In this document: piece after piece, positions 39,017 through 49,312 of the stretch
Layout: each line of letters begins with the position of its first letter
Numbering within the stretch: position 1 is the first letter of the stretch
From: Oscillospiraceae bacterium
GTDB taxonomy: Bacteria; Bacillota; Clostridia; Oscillospirales; Oscillospiraceae
Length of the DNA stretch: 61,582 bases
Assembly (NCBI GenBank): GCA_031281195.1
Contig: JAITFS010000243.1
Span: 1 to 61,582 of the forward strand
Direction of reading: 5' to 3'
Program-made: the position numbers and the translations under genes
Notes under the pieces: model-generated
Database searches by the model: none
Seen by the model: only the letters and a program-made list of their open reading frames with translations
What the model was told of the DNA's origin: nothing

Positions 39017-40111
39017 TTATACTTTTTCGAAAAATGTATCCGGTTTGTCTTTATTTAATAGCTCATTTACCCATATAACTGTTACCATATCAACATCACC
39101 GGTGTTTGTAAAGTTGTGTGTATATCCGGGAGGTATATCAACAACCTCCATTTTATCAGCACTTACGGGGTACTCTATAATGTCGGATGTATTTATCCTC
39201 CGCAGCCTGACTATACCTTTACCGTTTACAACTAAAAACTTTTCGCTCTTTGTATCGTGCCAATGATCACCTCTTGTGATACCCGGTTTTGTGGTGCTTA
39301 CCGACACCTGCCCATGTTTTGGCAAATGTAAAACCTCTGTAAAACTACCCCGCTCATCCTCATGCATTGTTAAATGATACGACAGCTTATCCTCCGGTAA
39401 AAATGATATATATGTTGCGTAGAGCTTCTTTGTTAATAAATCACTCATATCTGCAATGTTTAATATATCCTCTTTTGAAGCAAAATCGGAAATCTTTGCT
39501 GCGAGTTGACCTAATGTGATTTTATATAAAGGTTCTATGCTCTGTAGTTTTCGTTCTTTTATTGTTTTTAATATTAAATCAACCACATCATCAACATAAC
39601 ATAATGTCAGCTCATAATTTGGATCACGGATTTCAATCGGAATATCTCTTGCGATATTATAACAAAAGGTTGCAACAACGGTGTTGTAATTAGGTTGACT
39701 CCATTTTCCAAATAACCCCGGGAATCGATATATAAAAACATCATTACCTGTGCTTTTTTGATAATCTATAAGTGCTTTCTCAGCCATCTCTTTGCTGTTT
39801 GCGTACTCACTACCATTACCAATCTGTGTTGTTGATGAGAAAATGATTGGTGCTTTTGAATTATGCAGATTTACGAGTTTAATTAACTCCTCAGTAAGCT
39901 CTAAGTTGCCGGTATAGAACTCTGACTCAGCTTTTGGTCTGTTTACTCCTGCCAGATGTATGATAACATCAGCATTTTTAACATAATCTGCTAATGTTTT
40001 TTTATCACAAAATAAATCATAAGATAACACATCTCCAATGTTCTCTGCATTTATTCGTGCTATAAGATTTCTACCCAGAAATCCATCCGACCCCGTAACC
40101 AGTAATTTCAA
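39017..40111 (-). CDS. fnlB: FnlB/CapF-type bifunctional reductase/epimerase (SDR domain + C-terminal cupin)
   Basis: MKLLVTGSDGFLGRNL Rossmann start. 364 aa with a cupin-like tail (GDHWHDTKSEKFLVVNGKG...). Size and architecture match CapF. Confidence 0.75.
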   Translation of the reverse strand: MKLLVTGSDGFLGRNLIARINAENIGDVLSYDLFCDKKTLADYVKNADVIIHLAGVNRPKAESEFYTGNLELTEELIKLVNLHNSKAPIIFSSTTQIGNGSEYANSKEMAEKALIDYQKSTGNDVFIYRFPGLFGKWSQPNYNTVVATFCYNIARDIPIEIRDPNYELTLCYVDDVVDLILKTIKERKLQSIEPLYKITLGQLAAKISDFASKEDILNIADMSDLLTKKLYATYISFLPEDKLSYHLTMHEDERGSFTEVLHLPKHGQVSVSTTKPGITRGDHWHDTKSEKFLVVNGKGIVRLRRINTSDIIEYPVSADKMEVVDIPPGYTHNFTNTGDVDMVTVIWVNELLNKDKPDTFFEKV

Positions 40112-40112
40112 A

Positions 40113-41144
40113 TTAATACCCTTCTCCTGCTTTACCTGTTTCTAATGCATTTTGAATATAATCTAATGATAATAATAATTCTTTTAACTCATCAATTTTC
40201 AAACGCTTTGTATTGTGCGATGTGTAATCCTCTTTTGGTATTTCTTTTTCTAAACCTGATGCAAAATAATTTGCATAGTTAAGATCTCTTGCATCTATTG
40301 GTACCATGTAATAATCTTCAAATTCAACAGCTTTTGCTAGCTCTTCACGAGTTAACAAAGATTCATAAAGTTTTTCACCATGTCTTGTGCCGATTATGCG
40401 AGGTTTTTTATCACCACCGAATATATCACTAACAGCTATCGCCAAATCTTCAATTGTACTTGCCGGTGCTTTTTGTATAAAAAGCTCTCCACCTTTCGCT
40501 TCATTAAACGCAAACAAAACAAGGTCTATAGCATCATCAAGTGACATCATAAAGCGTGTCATACTTGGGTCTGTTACGGTGAGCTGATTTCCTGCACTTA
40601 TCTGATTTATAAAGAGTGGTATAACAGAACCTCTCGAACACATAACATTTCCATATCTGGTAACACATATCACGGTTTTTGATTCACCCGGTGCACGAGC
40701 TTTAGAAACTGCGATTTTTTCCATAAGTGCTTTTGACATACCCATTGCATTTATCGGGTACACAGCTTTATCAGTGGACAAGCATATAACCTTCTCAACA
40801 TCGTGCTCAATCGCAGCTTCCAGCACGTTTTCTGTGCCGATTATGTTAGTTTGCACTGCTTCCAGCGGAAAAAACTCACATGACGGTACTTGCTTTAATG
40901 CCGCTGCTTGAAATACATAGTCCACACCCTTCATAACCTTATGAACACTTTTTGGGTCACGCACATCACCAACATAAAACCTTATTTTGTCATTTGCATA
41001 AATGTTCCGCATATCATCTTGTTTTTTTTCATCACGGCTAAAAATGCGTATTTCTCCAATATCTGTATTTAAAAAGCGTCGTAATGCCGCATTTCCAAAG
41101 GAACCTGTCCCTCCTGTTATGAGCAGTGTTTTGTTTTTAAACAT
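40113..41144 (-). CDS. fnlA: UDP-GlcNAc 4,6-dehydratase/5-epimerase, FnlA/CapE type
   Basis: LLITGGTGSFGNA..IRIFSRDEKKQDDMR..GDVRD..AAALKQVPSCEFFPLEAVQTNIIGTENVL..ICLSTDKAVYPINAMGMSKALMEK is near-colinear with S. aureus CapE as I recall it. Confidence 0.85.
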   Translation of the reverse strand: MFKNKTLLITGGTGSFGNAALRRFLNTDIGEIRIFSRDEKKQDDMRNIYANDKIRFYVGDVRDPKSVHKVMKGVDYVFQAAALKQVPSCEFFPLEAVQTNIIGTENVLEAAIEHDVEKVICLSTDKAVYPINAMGMSKALMEKIAVSKARAPGESKTVICVTRYGNVMCSRGSVIPLFINQISAGNQLTVTDPSMTRFMMSLDDAIDLVLFAFNEAKGGELFIQKAPASTIEDLAIAVSDIFGGDKKPRIIGTRHGEKLYESLLTREELAKAVEFEDYYMVPIDARDLNYANYFASGLEKEIPKEDYTSHNTKRLKIDELKELLLSLDYIQNALETGKAGEGY

Positions 41145-41146
41145 GG

Positions 41147-41530
41147 TTAATCCTCTTTTCTAAGACTTTGTTCATTTGCATCTTTAACATTTTGCTGTGA
41201 TATTTCAAACTCATAAATTGCTATATTTTGCGTTAGTTTCCTTAATTGGTCAGATAAACTTGACACAACAACAGTCAGACTAATACAGATACATGCTAAA
41301 AACGCTATACATATTAAAAACAACGTGTTTACAGGTGTATCTATACCTAGTAAATATGATATTTTATCAAGCAAAGGCGGGAAAATGCATAAAACTGCTA
41401 TGCCAATTAAAGCAACAATCCATATCAAACAATATTTTAATTCAAGTTTTTGTTTTCGTAATAAAATTATAAAAAACACAAACATTATAACTATTACTAC
41501 TAACATTAAGATACGAAGTCCAAGTAACAC
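41147..41530 (-). CDS. Small 4-TM membrane protein, DUF2304/GacJ-like partner of the upstream GT2
   Basis: 127 aa. LRKQKLELKYCLIWIVALIGIAVLCIFPPLLDKISYLLGIDTPVNTLF fits the DUF2304 pattern. It lies immediately downstream of a soluble DPM1-like GT2, as in gacI-gacJ. Confidence 0.65.
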   Translation of the reverse strand: MLLGLRILMLVVIVIMFVFFIILLRKQKLELKYCLIWIVALIGIAVLCIFPPLLDKISYLLGIDTPVNTLFLICIAFLACICISLTVVVSSLSDQLRKLTQNIAIYEFEISQQNVKDANEQSLRKED

Positions 41531-41545
41531 TGTTTTACTCCTTCA

Positions 41546-42250
41546 TCAGTTATTTAATGGCGGGTATTCTCTTAATGAGGTTATTATTATCCCAATCGAT
41601 ACCTTAAACATATAATAAACAGACTTTGATGGTGATATTGACGATACTCCACCTTGTCTTTCTCGCATTGTAACAGGTATTTCCTTAACAATCAGTTTGT
41701 TTTTTAACGCAAGCATATTACTCTCCGGTTCAGGATAATCCTTGGCATAATAATTATCAAAAAGTATCATACCCTTACGGTTTATTGCTCTAAATCCGCT
41801 TGTTGCATCAGTAATACGTTTCCCGCTTAAACAAAAAATGAGCGTTTTGAAGAACCTAATTCCAAATCTACGCATAACTGATGATTGAAATCCTTTATTA
41901 TCAATAAATCTGGAGCCAATAACCATGTCGGCATCACCTTTTATTATGGGTTCTATCAAATTGTCAATCCAAGACGGATCATGCTGACCATCACCATCAA
42001 CTTGAATAGCTATATCATACCCATTTTGCAAAGCATAACGATACCCCGTTTGAACAGCGCCGCCGATACCTAGATTTAATGGTAAATCTATATGCGGGAT
42101 ATTGTTCAAGGTCATAATATCCTTACTACTATCAGTGCTGCAATCGTTAATAACAATCACATCACAGGTAGTTTTCTCGCATATTTCACGATACAAGGTC
42201 AATATTGTTTCGCTTTCGTTATAACAAGGCACAATTATTAGTGTTTTCAT
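41546..42250 (-). CDS. GT2 polyprenyl-phosphate sugar synthase without TM tail, GacI-like
   Basis: MKTLIIVPCYNESETI, VIVINDCSTDSS, IQVDGDGQHDP, ATSGFRA; 234 aa. Confidence 0.7.
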   Translation of the reverse strand: MKTLIIVPCYNESETILTLYREICEKTTCDVIVINDCSTDSSKDIMTLNNIPHIDLPLNLGIGGAVQTGYRYALQNGYDIAIQVDGDGQHDPSWIDNLIEPIIKGDADMVIGSRFIDNKGFQSSVMRRFGIRFFKTLIFCLSGKRITDATSGFRAINRKGMILFDNYYAKDYPEPESNMLALKNKLIVKEIPVTMRERQGGVSSISPSKSVYYMFKVSIGIIITSLREYPPLNN

Positions 42251-42264
42251 ATTATTTCACCATT

Positions 42265-43644
42265 CTAGCAGTTTAATATATCATTGTACAGTTTATCTTG
42301 CATTTCACTAATGATATGATTAGCTATAGCGACCTGTTTAGCGTTATTTGCCATTTGCTGTCTATACTCAGAATCAAAAATATGTTTTTTCAACATTTTT
42401 GTTATAAGTAGTTCATCTTCAGATGTAATGCACAAAGCAGCATCATTATCAACCAAGTACTGTATTGATGCTACTTTTTGTGGTCCAATAGCTAGTATAC
42501 AGCGATTGCTCATCATATATTCAGGTATTTTTGTTGATATTGATAATCTTGTGGTTTTAATACTTCTTCGGTCAAATGCTTCTACGTGAACTAAGACATT
42601 ACTGCTTAATATCTTCTGCTCTAATTCACTTGCATTTAATGACCCTTTAAATTTCACATTAGGATATTTCGAGAACTCTTTTAATATTTCCTTTGATGGT
42701 GTTAATGAGCAGTAAATCTCTAAATTTGCTTTTAATCCTTCTTTTTCGAGCATTCTAAGACAAGCACCAATTTTACACAATACCTTCCAACGATTACTAT
42801 GAACAGAACCTGCATAAAGAAATCGTAAAATTCCATCATCTGCTATAGTTTCCACAGGATTTTGAACTTCTTTTATACCATTTGTTATTATGTCGATATT
42901 ATTTTTCTTGTATTTTTCAGAAATCTCGTCGCGCATAACAGAGCTAATTACAAATAATTTCTCTGCTTTATTAATGATTTTGCTAAGCCATCTCATATAA
43001 CGAATATGGTTTATCCATGCAGATGGAGAAATACGTGAACGTACAAAAGTGTAGTCATCTGTCATAAATAAAAATATACGAGCATTAAAGCGCTGTTGAA
43101 TCCATAATGTTATTTTATAGAAAAATGAGTAGTTACTCCCTAAGATGAAAATTACTTCGGGGTTATATGTATCCAACCATTTAATAAACTCCGGTGACAT
43201 CCATTTACTTTGTCGCCATGCTACTTCTCTGGCAAGCTCAAGAACCGGCATCCTTTTCTCTAGACCTTTATATATTAATTTATGGACACCTTTTATTTCG
43301 TCGGCATTTTCATATTCTACAGTTTTTTTTGTTGTATTTGTCTTATTTATTTCAACACCTGTTGCAGTTTTAAACCTAATATTTGCTTCTAATATATCGT
43401 AGTCAGTTATTCTATAATACTCATAACAAACATCAAAATCCGGAATTTCATTAAAAATGTAAAACTGTGCTAATTGATCAGACTGCCAGTTACGAAATAA
43501 CGATGACAGTGTTTTCCCAACATTTTTTGTTTCACTAAATGCCAAATGCGATAAAACTAATACTTTTGTTTTTTTATCTTTTTCTATATTCATATTATCA
43601 TTTTTTGTCATATCTATCATAAATAACTTCACCAATTTCTTCAA
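42265..43644 (-). CDS. Putative GT-B fold glycosyltransferase (family uncertain)
   Basis: 459-aa ORF. The C-terminal half has a Rossmann-like pattern (RFLYAGSVHSNRW...STKIPEYMMSNRCILAIGP). Start is ambiguous: TTG at 43644, or ATG at 43620 which has a GGTGA SD. Confidence 0.45.
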   Translation of the reverse strand: MKKLVKLFMIDMTKNDNMNIEKDKKTKVLVLSHLAFSETKNVGKTLSSLFRNWQSDQLAQFYIFNEIPDFDVCYEYYRITDYDILEANIRFKTATGVEINKTNTTKKTVEYENADEIKGVHKLIYKGLEKRMPVLELAREVAWRQSKWMSPEFIKWLDTYNPEVIFILGSNYSFFYKITLWIQQRFNARIFLFMTDDYTFVRSRISPSAWINHIRYMRWLSKIINKAEKLFVISSVMRDEISEKYKKNNIDIITNGIKEVQNPVETIADDGILRFLYAGSVHSNRWKVLCKIGACLRMLEKEGLKANLEIYCSLTPSKEILKEFSKYPNVKFKGSLNASELEQKILSSNVLVHVEAFDRRSIKTTRLSISTKIPEYMMSNRCILAIGPQKVASIQYLVDNDAALCITSEDELLITKMLKKHIFDSEYRQQMANNAKQVAIANHIISEMQDKLYNDILNC

Positions 43645-45642
43645 CTAGTTATTATAACACACCATATATATGAACGCACCATCTTCTGCATAAATCAGTT
43701 CTAACTTTCCACCATAATCATCAAGTGGATATGGTGTATGTATATATTTTAATCCAACAATCTCGAAATCATCTATCGATAATACTAATCCAATATGATC
43801 ATGACTATAGTATTCGAATCTTGTGGGTTCTGTTGTAATGAATGCTATAACATGTGCGTATCTGTTATAAATATCTTCATACATCCGCTCCGGATCTAAT
43901 CTATGCCAGAGTTCCAAATTCGGATAAAAATTCGTCGAGTTAATTGTTGAAGCTCCTGATGCAACTAGAAATCCTTGACCCTCAAACATCAGAGAAATCC
44001 ATTTCTCATCAGTATCATTAGCTAACTCTTGAATCTTTATTGACAATGGCTTCTCGTAAATAACATCTAAACCTTTCATTACAGGATTTATTGTCAGCCA
44101 CGTTGCAAGTGATAAACAAACTAAATAAGCAGCGGCTGTTTTAAATATATACTTATTCTTCTTTAAATCGAACATACTGTATAAAACAACTATGAATCCG
44201 ACGAATTGTATAAAGAAAAATATTGTACTTATCGGTACTGTAAACGTTTTTTCATTAAAGAATAAAGCGGAAAATGTAAAAAATGCAGCAACAATAATTG
44301 CTAATTGAAGAGTTTTTATACTAAAAGTACAACCGGAATTATTCTTAACTTTTTCATCATTAGCAAACCCTGACAATGCATATAAGAACATTATTACTTG
44401 TATGAAAATAAAAATATCTAAAACACGTCTTGACATAGAATATGCCATTAATGTGATTTTAGAAAGCCACTCCGGCCATCCAAGGTAAATATAAGAACCC
44501 AATATTCCTGATATTATTATTAGTATTAAACTTAGAGAATCTACCTTTTTTTTCCTAATCATATAAAAAATAGAAAGTATAACCGGTAAAGGGAATAATG
44601 TGTAAAATCCACCAAACTCAGTTATATTTAAATGCGCTTCGTAAATCACTGTGCGAAAATATGACATCGGAGCAAAAACAGCACCATTCATTGCTCTGTT
44701 AATAAATTGACTTAAAGTAATGCCCCCGCCGGTTTCTAGTCTGGCTGCCGGATATACAGTATTTGACATAGTGCTTATATAGTCTGCAGACCCTTTTATA
44801 TAGGCTGTTACAATAACAATAATCAGAACAACTGATAAGCTTAATATACCCCAATCAACAATTTTTAGTTGTTTAATCTTATTGCGGTTTTCTATAATAA
44901 TCCATATTAATAGTCCTAAATATAAGTACCCTGCCGGTACTTGCCACGCAGGATAAACAGGTAATATAAATTGTGAGAAAAATACAGTTATTCCTAAAGA
45001 TAAGAGCAGCTTCTTAATCTTACTCTTTGTAGAAATAAAGTAGTAAAAGCATACTATTGAACCTAATCCTGCTGTTATGAAAGGTACATAAGCCCACCAT
45101 TGAACAAATGGTGAAAGGGCTATAACTGACGCTCCAATCACAGCAACTGTTCTATTGCCTTTAGTGATTATATATATAAACTCAAATGCTACCATTATTG
45201 TTGTAAATAATGTACCAACCCACCTCGCACTTAAACCATATTCAACTCCCAGTATAAAAAAGAAATTAAAAGGGTATGCCAGAGTCGCTATACTAATATA
45301 GATAAAAAATGGCATGTTTTCAGTTGCCCCACCACGTAAGATTTCGTTAATCTCACCATACGGTGATGCTCCAAACTGAGCAGAAAGAAATGAAGGTGTA
45401 ACAACTAACCATTCATCACTGGTGCGAGGGTTTCTAAGCATACCAAATAATGGTGACATATTATCTGTAGTTATATTTGGTTGAATCAAGTCATTAAATA
45501 CACCAATTGATGAGAAATGAATCTTGTTAACCACAAGCAATATAAACACCAAAATAGCTACGATATATCTATATTTAAATAAAGCATCATAAACTATATA
45601 TCTCTTATTTAGTATTGTTTTACATTTACTATCAGACATCAT
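43645..45642 (-). CDS. Polytopic membrane protein (665 aa) with C-terminal soluble domain; GT-C-like candidate
   Basis: More than 12 hydrophobic segments. An acidic first-loop motif PRTSDEWLV is present. The C-terminal ~170 aa are hydrophilic. Confidence 0.45.
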   Translation of the reverse strand: MMSDSKCKTILNKRYIVYDALFKYRYIVAILVFILLVVNKIHFSSIGVFNDLIQPNITTDNMSPLFGMLRNPRTSDEWLVVTPSFLSAQFGASPYGEINEILRGGATENMPFFIYISIATLAYPFNFFFILGVEYGLSARWVGTLFTTIMVAFEFIYIITKGNRTVAVIGASVIALSPFVQWWAYVPFITAGLGSIVCFYYFISTKSKIKKLLLSLGITVFFSQFILPVYPAWQVPAGYLYLGLLIWIIIENRNKIKQLKIVDWGILSLSVVLIIVIVTAYIKGSADYISTMSNTVYPAARLETGGGITLSQFINRAMNGAVFAPMSYFRTVIYEAHLNITEFGGFYTLFPLPVILSIFYMIRKKKVDSLSLILIIISGILGSYIYLGWPEWLSKITLMAYSMSRRVLDIFIFIQVIMFLYALSGFANDEKVKNNSGCTFSIKTLQLAIIVAAFFTFSALFFNEKTFTVPISTIFFFIQFVGFIVVLYSMFDLKKNKYIFKTAAAYLVCLSLATWLTINPVMKGLDVIYEKPLSIKIQELANDTDEKWISLMFEGQGFLVASGASTINSTNFYPNLELWHRLDPERMYEDIYNRYAHVIAFITTEPTRFEYYSHDHIGLVLSIDDFEIVGLKYIHTPYPLDDYGGKLELIYAEDGAFIYMVCYNN

Positions 45643-46562
45643 ATTTTTCCTATAATAAACATTAAACGAAGAGTTATTTCATCAAAAAGTTTACCTCTAA
45701 ATCTTTTTGGATAAAAAGCTCTCCGAAAAGCATTTTTTATGTTGTATTTACTGCTTATAAACCATCTGAGTATTTTTTTGTTTTCTAAACAAAGGTCCTC
45801 ACCATAAATCTCATTTATCATATTCCATTTATCTACATACTTAAATGAATCATTTATAAGGAAATTCTTAACTCTCCATAAGAATATCTTAATAAAACTC
45901 TCATCGGTTACAGAGACATTTTTTCCGTGTCTTCTATACTTGGCAGATATATAATTGCCATCATAAACTACATTTCCTAAAGCTGTGCCTAATATCAAAA
46001 ACAAATAATCATGAGGAAATAATACCTCAGGTGATACTCGCAAGAACAATAATTTCATTGGCTCATTAATAACGCATGTAAATCCATACGCAAAGAAATT
46101 AACTAAAGAATTAATAAATGTTAAATCAATATCTATCGGTTTCTTATGAGATAGAAATTTCATTTCACCATCATAATAATCATAATTACAAAAATAAAGC
46201 GCAGGTACATCCTGCTTCATGTTATTTAACGCATTAACAGCTTTTTCTATTTTATCCGGCATCCATATATCATCTTGATCACCAAAAGAGTAATAATCAT
46301 ACCCTTTTGTATTTTTCGCCAGCCAGTTTACACTACGCCAAACTCCTATGTTCTTGTCCTCAACAAGGTTGATTTTTCCCTGTTTCTCATAATTTCGTAA
46401 TATATCAAGAGAACCATCTGTAGAACCATCATCTCGCACAAATATATCAATGTTTTTATATGTTTGAGCAAAGATGCTCTCAAACTGGTCAGCAATATAC
46501 TTTTCACCATTATATGTTGATATAAGAATTGCAACTTTTTTTTGCTCCATCATCATCACCAA
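45639..46562 (-). CDS. GT2-family glycosyltransferase (rhamnosyltransferase-like subgroup)
   Basis: VAILISTYNGEKYIADQFESIFAQT, VRDDGSTDGS, FGDQDDIW. Confidence 0.75.
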   Translation of the reverse strand: MVMMMEQKKVAILISTYNGEKYIADQFESIFAQTYKNIDIFVRDDGSTDGSLDILRNYEKQGKINLVEDKNIGVWRSVNWLAKNTKGYDYYSFGDQDDIWMPDKIEKAVNALNNMKQDVPALYFCNYDYYDGEMKFLSHKKPIDIDLTFINSLVNFFAYGFTCVINEPMKLLFLRVSPEVLFPHDYLFLILGTALGNVVYDGNYISAKYRRHGKNVSVTDESFIKIFLWRVKNFLINDSFKYVDKWNMINEIYGEDLCLENKKILRWFISSKYNIKNAFRRAFYPKRFRGKLFDEITLRLMFIIGKI

Positions 46563-48010
46563 TCGTTATATGATATAACTGTTTGCTCAACTACATAAAA
46601 AATAATACGAACTATTAAGGTTGTATATCCAACCAGAATAAAATTTCTATAAAATCTAACAGTAAAAACTACAATGTTGTTTTTGAACATCAACAGTATA
46701 AGAGGCAATACCGGTAAAAAATAACGACCCTGTACACCTAAGATTATATTTCTAAAATCACTTGTCCATCCTAAAAACATAGCAAGCATACAAAGCCCAA
46801 TAATAATAACAGAAATAAATGCATAAGTAAATCGTTCCGGTATGGTCGGTTGCCATTCATCTTTTTTACCATAAAATAAACTGATAATAAGGAATAGAAC
46901 AATAATAAATATGTAATATTTTGGAATTAACATAGTAAGACCACTAAGATAATGTCCAAAAATACCATAAAAATACATATCTCCATAATGTCGTAATGTA
47001 TTTATAAATATCCTAATAGTTTCTATCGGATATGTGATAATAAATGAGGTGGTGTAGTTAGTATGACCTTCCCAATTTAAACCGTCGCCGGATATACTCA
47101 TAACCTCTCTGCTAAAATATAAAAACACCAATACTACCGAAGTAACAATAATTCCGACCATTGTTAATCCTTTTCGTTTATTTTCCTTAATCCATGCTAA
47201 CATGACAAAAATTAATAATAGTAATAACGGTAAGTATACCGCTTTAAACGTTGCCATTAGTATTGCTAAAATAAGTAATACTATAAAATCCCTCCATCTA
47301 AATGTTTTCATTTCATGAACAATACTTATAGCATATACTATAAATAGTGTAGACACTCCTAAAATAAACGTATCATACGAAAATGAAGCAGCAAGCTGTA
47401 ATGTCATAGGTAATAGTGCAATAATGAAAAATGGTAGTCTAAATGCTTTTAATCTTTTTATAGAAAAGAACACACATAACATATAAAATAAAAGATTAAA
47501 AAACCTGCCAAAGTAAAAAACACCAAGAAAACTTAGGTTTAAAAGTCTTGCAATTGCGATACCTATAGCTTGCGGTAAATAGCTCAGCGGATAATGTAGA
47601 CCTGCTATTGATGAAATATCATAAGTTTCTGCTGTACCTTCAAGTCTAAACACACCTTCACTCATCAATCTTAAATATGCATCCGGATCGTTTTCATGGC
47701 TTGTTAAACCCCGGTAGTCAAAATGTCTAACATCAGCCAACATGGGATTATCATCAAAAATTAAATAACCTGATAAAGCATACGAAGAAGTATAATGTAT
47801 CATTTCATCAGGTGGCGACAATGGGGTGATAACAAACATCATAATTGTCCCCAGCATAAGTGCTGTGACTAAGAAAATATATTCAAGTTTAACCTTGCAA
47901 ATTAACAATACAACTAGTGTAATAACAGCTGCAATAAGCATAAACAAAATGTATAGTTTAAATACATTTAATTGCTCTAAGTTATTACTAAACTCTTGTA
48001 GATTTATCAC
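46556..48010 (-). CDS. Polytopic membrane protein (484 aa), DUF2142-like / GT-C-like candidate
   Basis: 12+ TM segments. PLSPPDEMIHY follows TM1, and PDE..H is how I remember DUF2142. The family call is from memory. Confidence 0.45.
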   Translation of the reverse strand: MINLQEFSNNLEQLNVFKLYILFMLIAAVITLVVLLICKVKLEYIFLVTALMLGTIMMFVITPLSPPDEMIHYTSSYALSGYLIFDDNPMLADVRHFDYRGLTSHENDPDAYLRLMSEGVFRLEGTAETYDISSIAGLHYPLSYLPQAIGIAIARLLNLSFLGVFYFGRFFNLLFYMLCVFFSIKRLKAFRLPFFIIALLPMTLQLAASFSYDTFILGVSTLFIVYAISIVHEMKTFRWRDFIVLLILAILMATFKAVYLPLLLLLIFVMLAWIKENKRKGLTMVGIIVTSVVLVFLYFSREVMSISGDGLNWEGHTNYTTSFIITYPIETIRIFINTLRHYGDMYFYGIFGHYLSGLTMLIPKYYIFIIVLFLIISLFYGKKDEWQPTIPERFTYAFISVIIIGLCMLAMFLGWTSDFRNIILGVQGRYFLPVLPLILLMFKNNIVVFTVRFYRNFILVGYTTLIVRIIFYVVEQTVISYNDW

Positions 48011-48026
48011 AATTTAATTTACAACC

Positions 48027-49244
48027 TCATACTGCTAAAATAAACTCAACCAGTTTATCCATGTTTTTATTTCTTTCAAAATGCTCAAAGTAATACTTTT
48101 CAGCATTTTCGCTCATATTTTTTCGCTTTTCTAAACTAGTATTATATAGTTTTATAACCATATCTGCAAATCCTTCACTATCCTCTGCATCAACCACAAA
48201 TCCTGCTCCTGAATCGTGAATAATTTGCTGCACCTCACCATCCATAGCCAGTACGAGAGGTTTTCCTGCGGCATAATATGAAAACACTTTTGCCGGTATA
48301 GCACAATCTAACATCTCACTTTTTGAAAGACACGCAAAAAGTCCATCTGCTATATAACTATACTTTGCGATTTCTTCCATTGGCACATGTCCAACAAATG
48401 TAAAACAATCACTTAATCCTTTTTGCTCAACCTGTTTTTCCAGCTCTAATCTTGACATACCATCACCGACAATAATCCAGTTAATATCAGAATAACCATC
48501 GTTTTTTAGCTTATCGGCAGCAAAAACAACAGTATCAAAAGACTGTGCAGGGCTTATATTTCCCGCATACACTATGTTAAATCTATTGCTAAACTGTGCT
48601 ATAAGCTTTTCATCAGGTACAGTATTTTCATAAAGCTTTTCGCAAAAATGTGGGATGTAAGTTATCTTATTATCATCCTTGTTAGTTCTGTTCTTTAAAA
48701 TTTCAAGGAGCTTTTTAGAGTTAGCAATAATTTTATCCGCTTTGCGGTAATGCCACAAGGATACACGATAAGCGATACTTCTAAGAAGCTTATTTTTTAC
48801 ATTTAACACTGTATACAGATTTTCTGGCCACAAATCGAGAACATACATTATGGTTTCAATTTTTTTAATTCTTCCAAGCATAATCCCTGTAACTGTCATT
48901 AAAACAGGTGATGTTTGGTACATAAATATCTTGTCATATTTTTGTTTCATTAAATATGGTAAAGAAAATAAACTAAAAAATGGAAAAGAGATATAGTTAA
49001 AAAATATTCTGATATTTGAGTTTTTACCGCGTTTGATTTCTATACATCTGCGGATTTTTATATTCCCTTTTTGTTGACGTCGATTTTTGTTCCAGCCATA
49101 TCCATCATAAAAATATCCCTTTGGGTAATTTGGTATACCACATAGGACATCTACTTCAAAATCACGTTCAACAAGACCATCGCATATATCGTTTATGCGA
49201 AAGCTCTCCGGCCAAAAGTGCTGACTTACAACTAATATACGCAT
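48027..49244 (-). CDS. GT4 glycosyltransferase, WbuB/WcaI-like (candidate L-FucNAc transferase)
   Basis: MRILVVSQHFWPESFRINDICDGL N-terminus is typical of WbuB/WcaI-type enzymes, which commonly accompany fnlABC. Confidence 0.6.
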   Translation of the reverse strand: MRILVVSQHFWPESFRINDICDGLVERDFEVDVLCGIPNYPKGYFYDGYGWNKNRRQQKGNIKIRRCIEIKRGKNSNIRIFFNYISFPFFSLFSLPYLMKQKYDKIFMYQTSPVLMTVTGIMLGRIKKIETIMYVLDLWPENLYTVLNVKNKLLRSIAYRVSLWHYRKADKIIANSKKLLEILKNRTNKDDNKITYIPHFCEKLYENTVPDEKLIAQFSNRFNIVYAGNISPAQSFDTVVFAADKLKNDGYSDINWIIVGDGMSRLELEKQVEQKGLSDCFTFVGHVPMEEIAKYSYIADGLFACLSKSEMLDCAIPAKVFSYYAAGKPLVLAMDGEVQQIIHDSGAGFVVDAEDSEGFADMVIKLYNTSLEKRKNMSENAEKYYFEHFERNKNMDKLVEFILAV

Positions 49245-49312
49245 TATTTACAACCTATTTTTCACTTATTCTACACTATGAATGGCATTACTTGTATATT
49301 GTTAAATAATTT

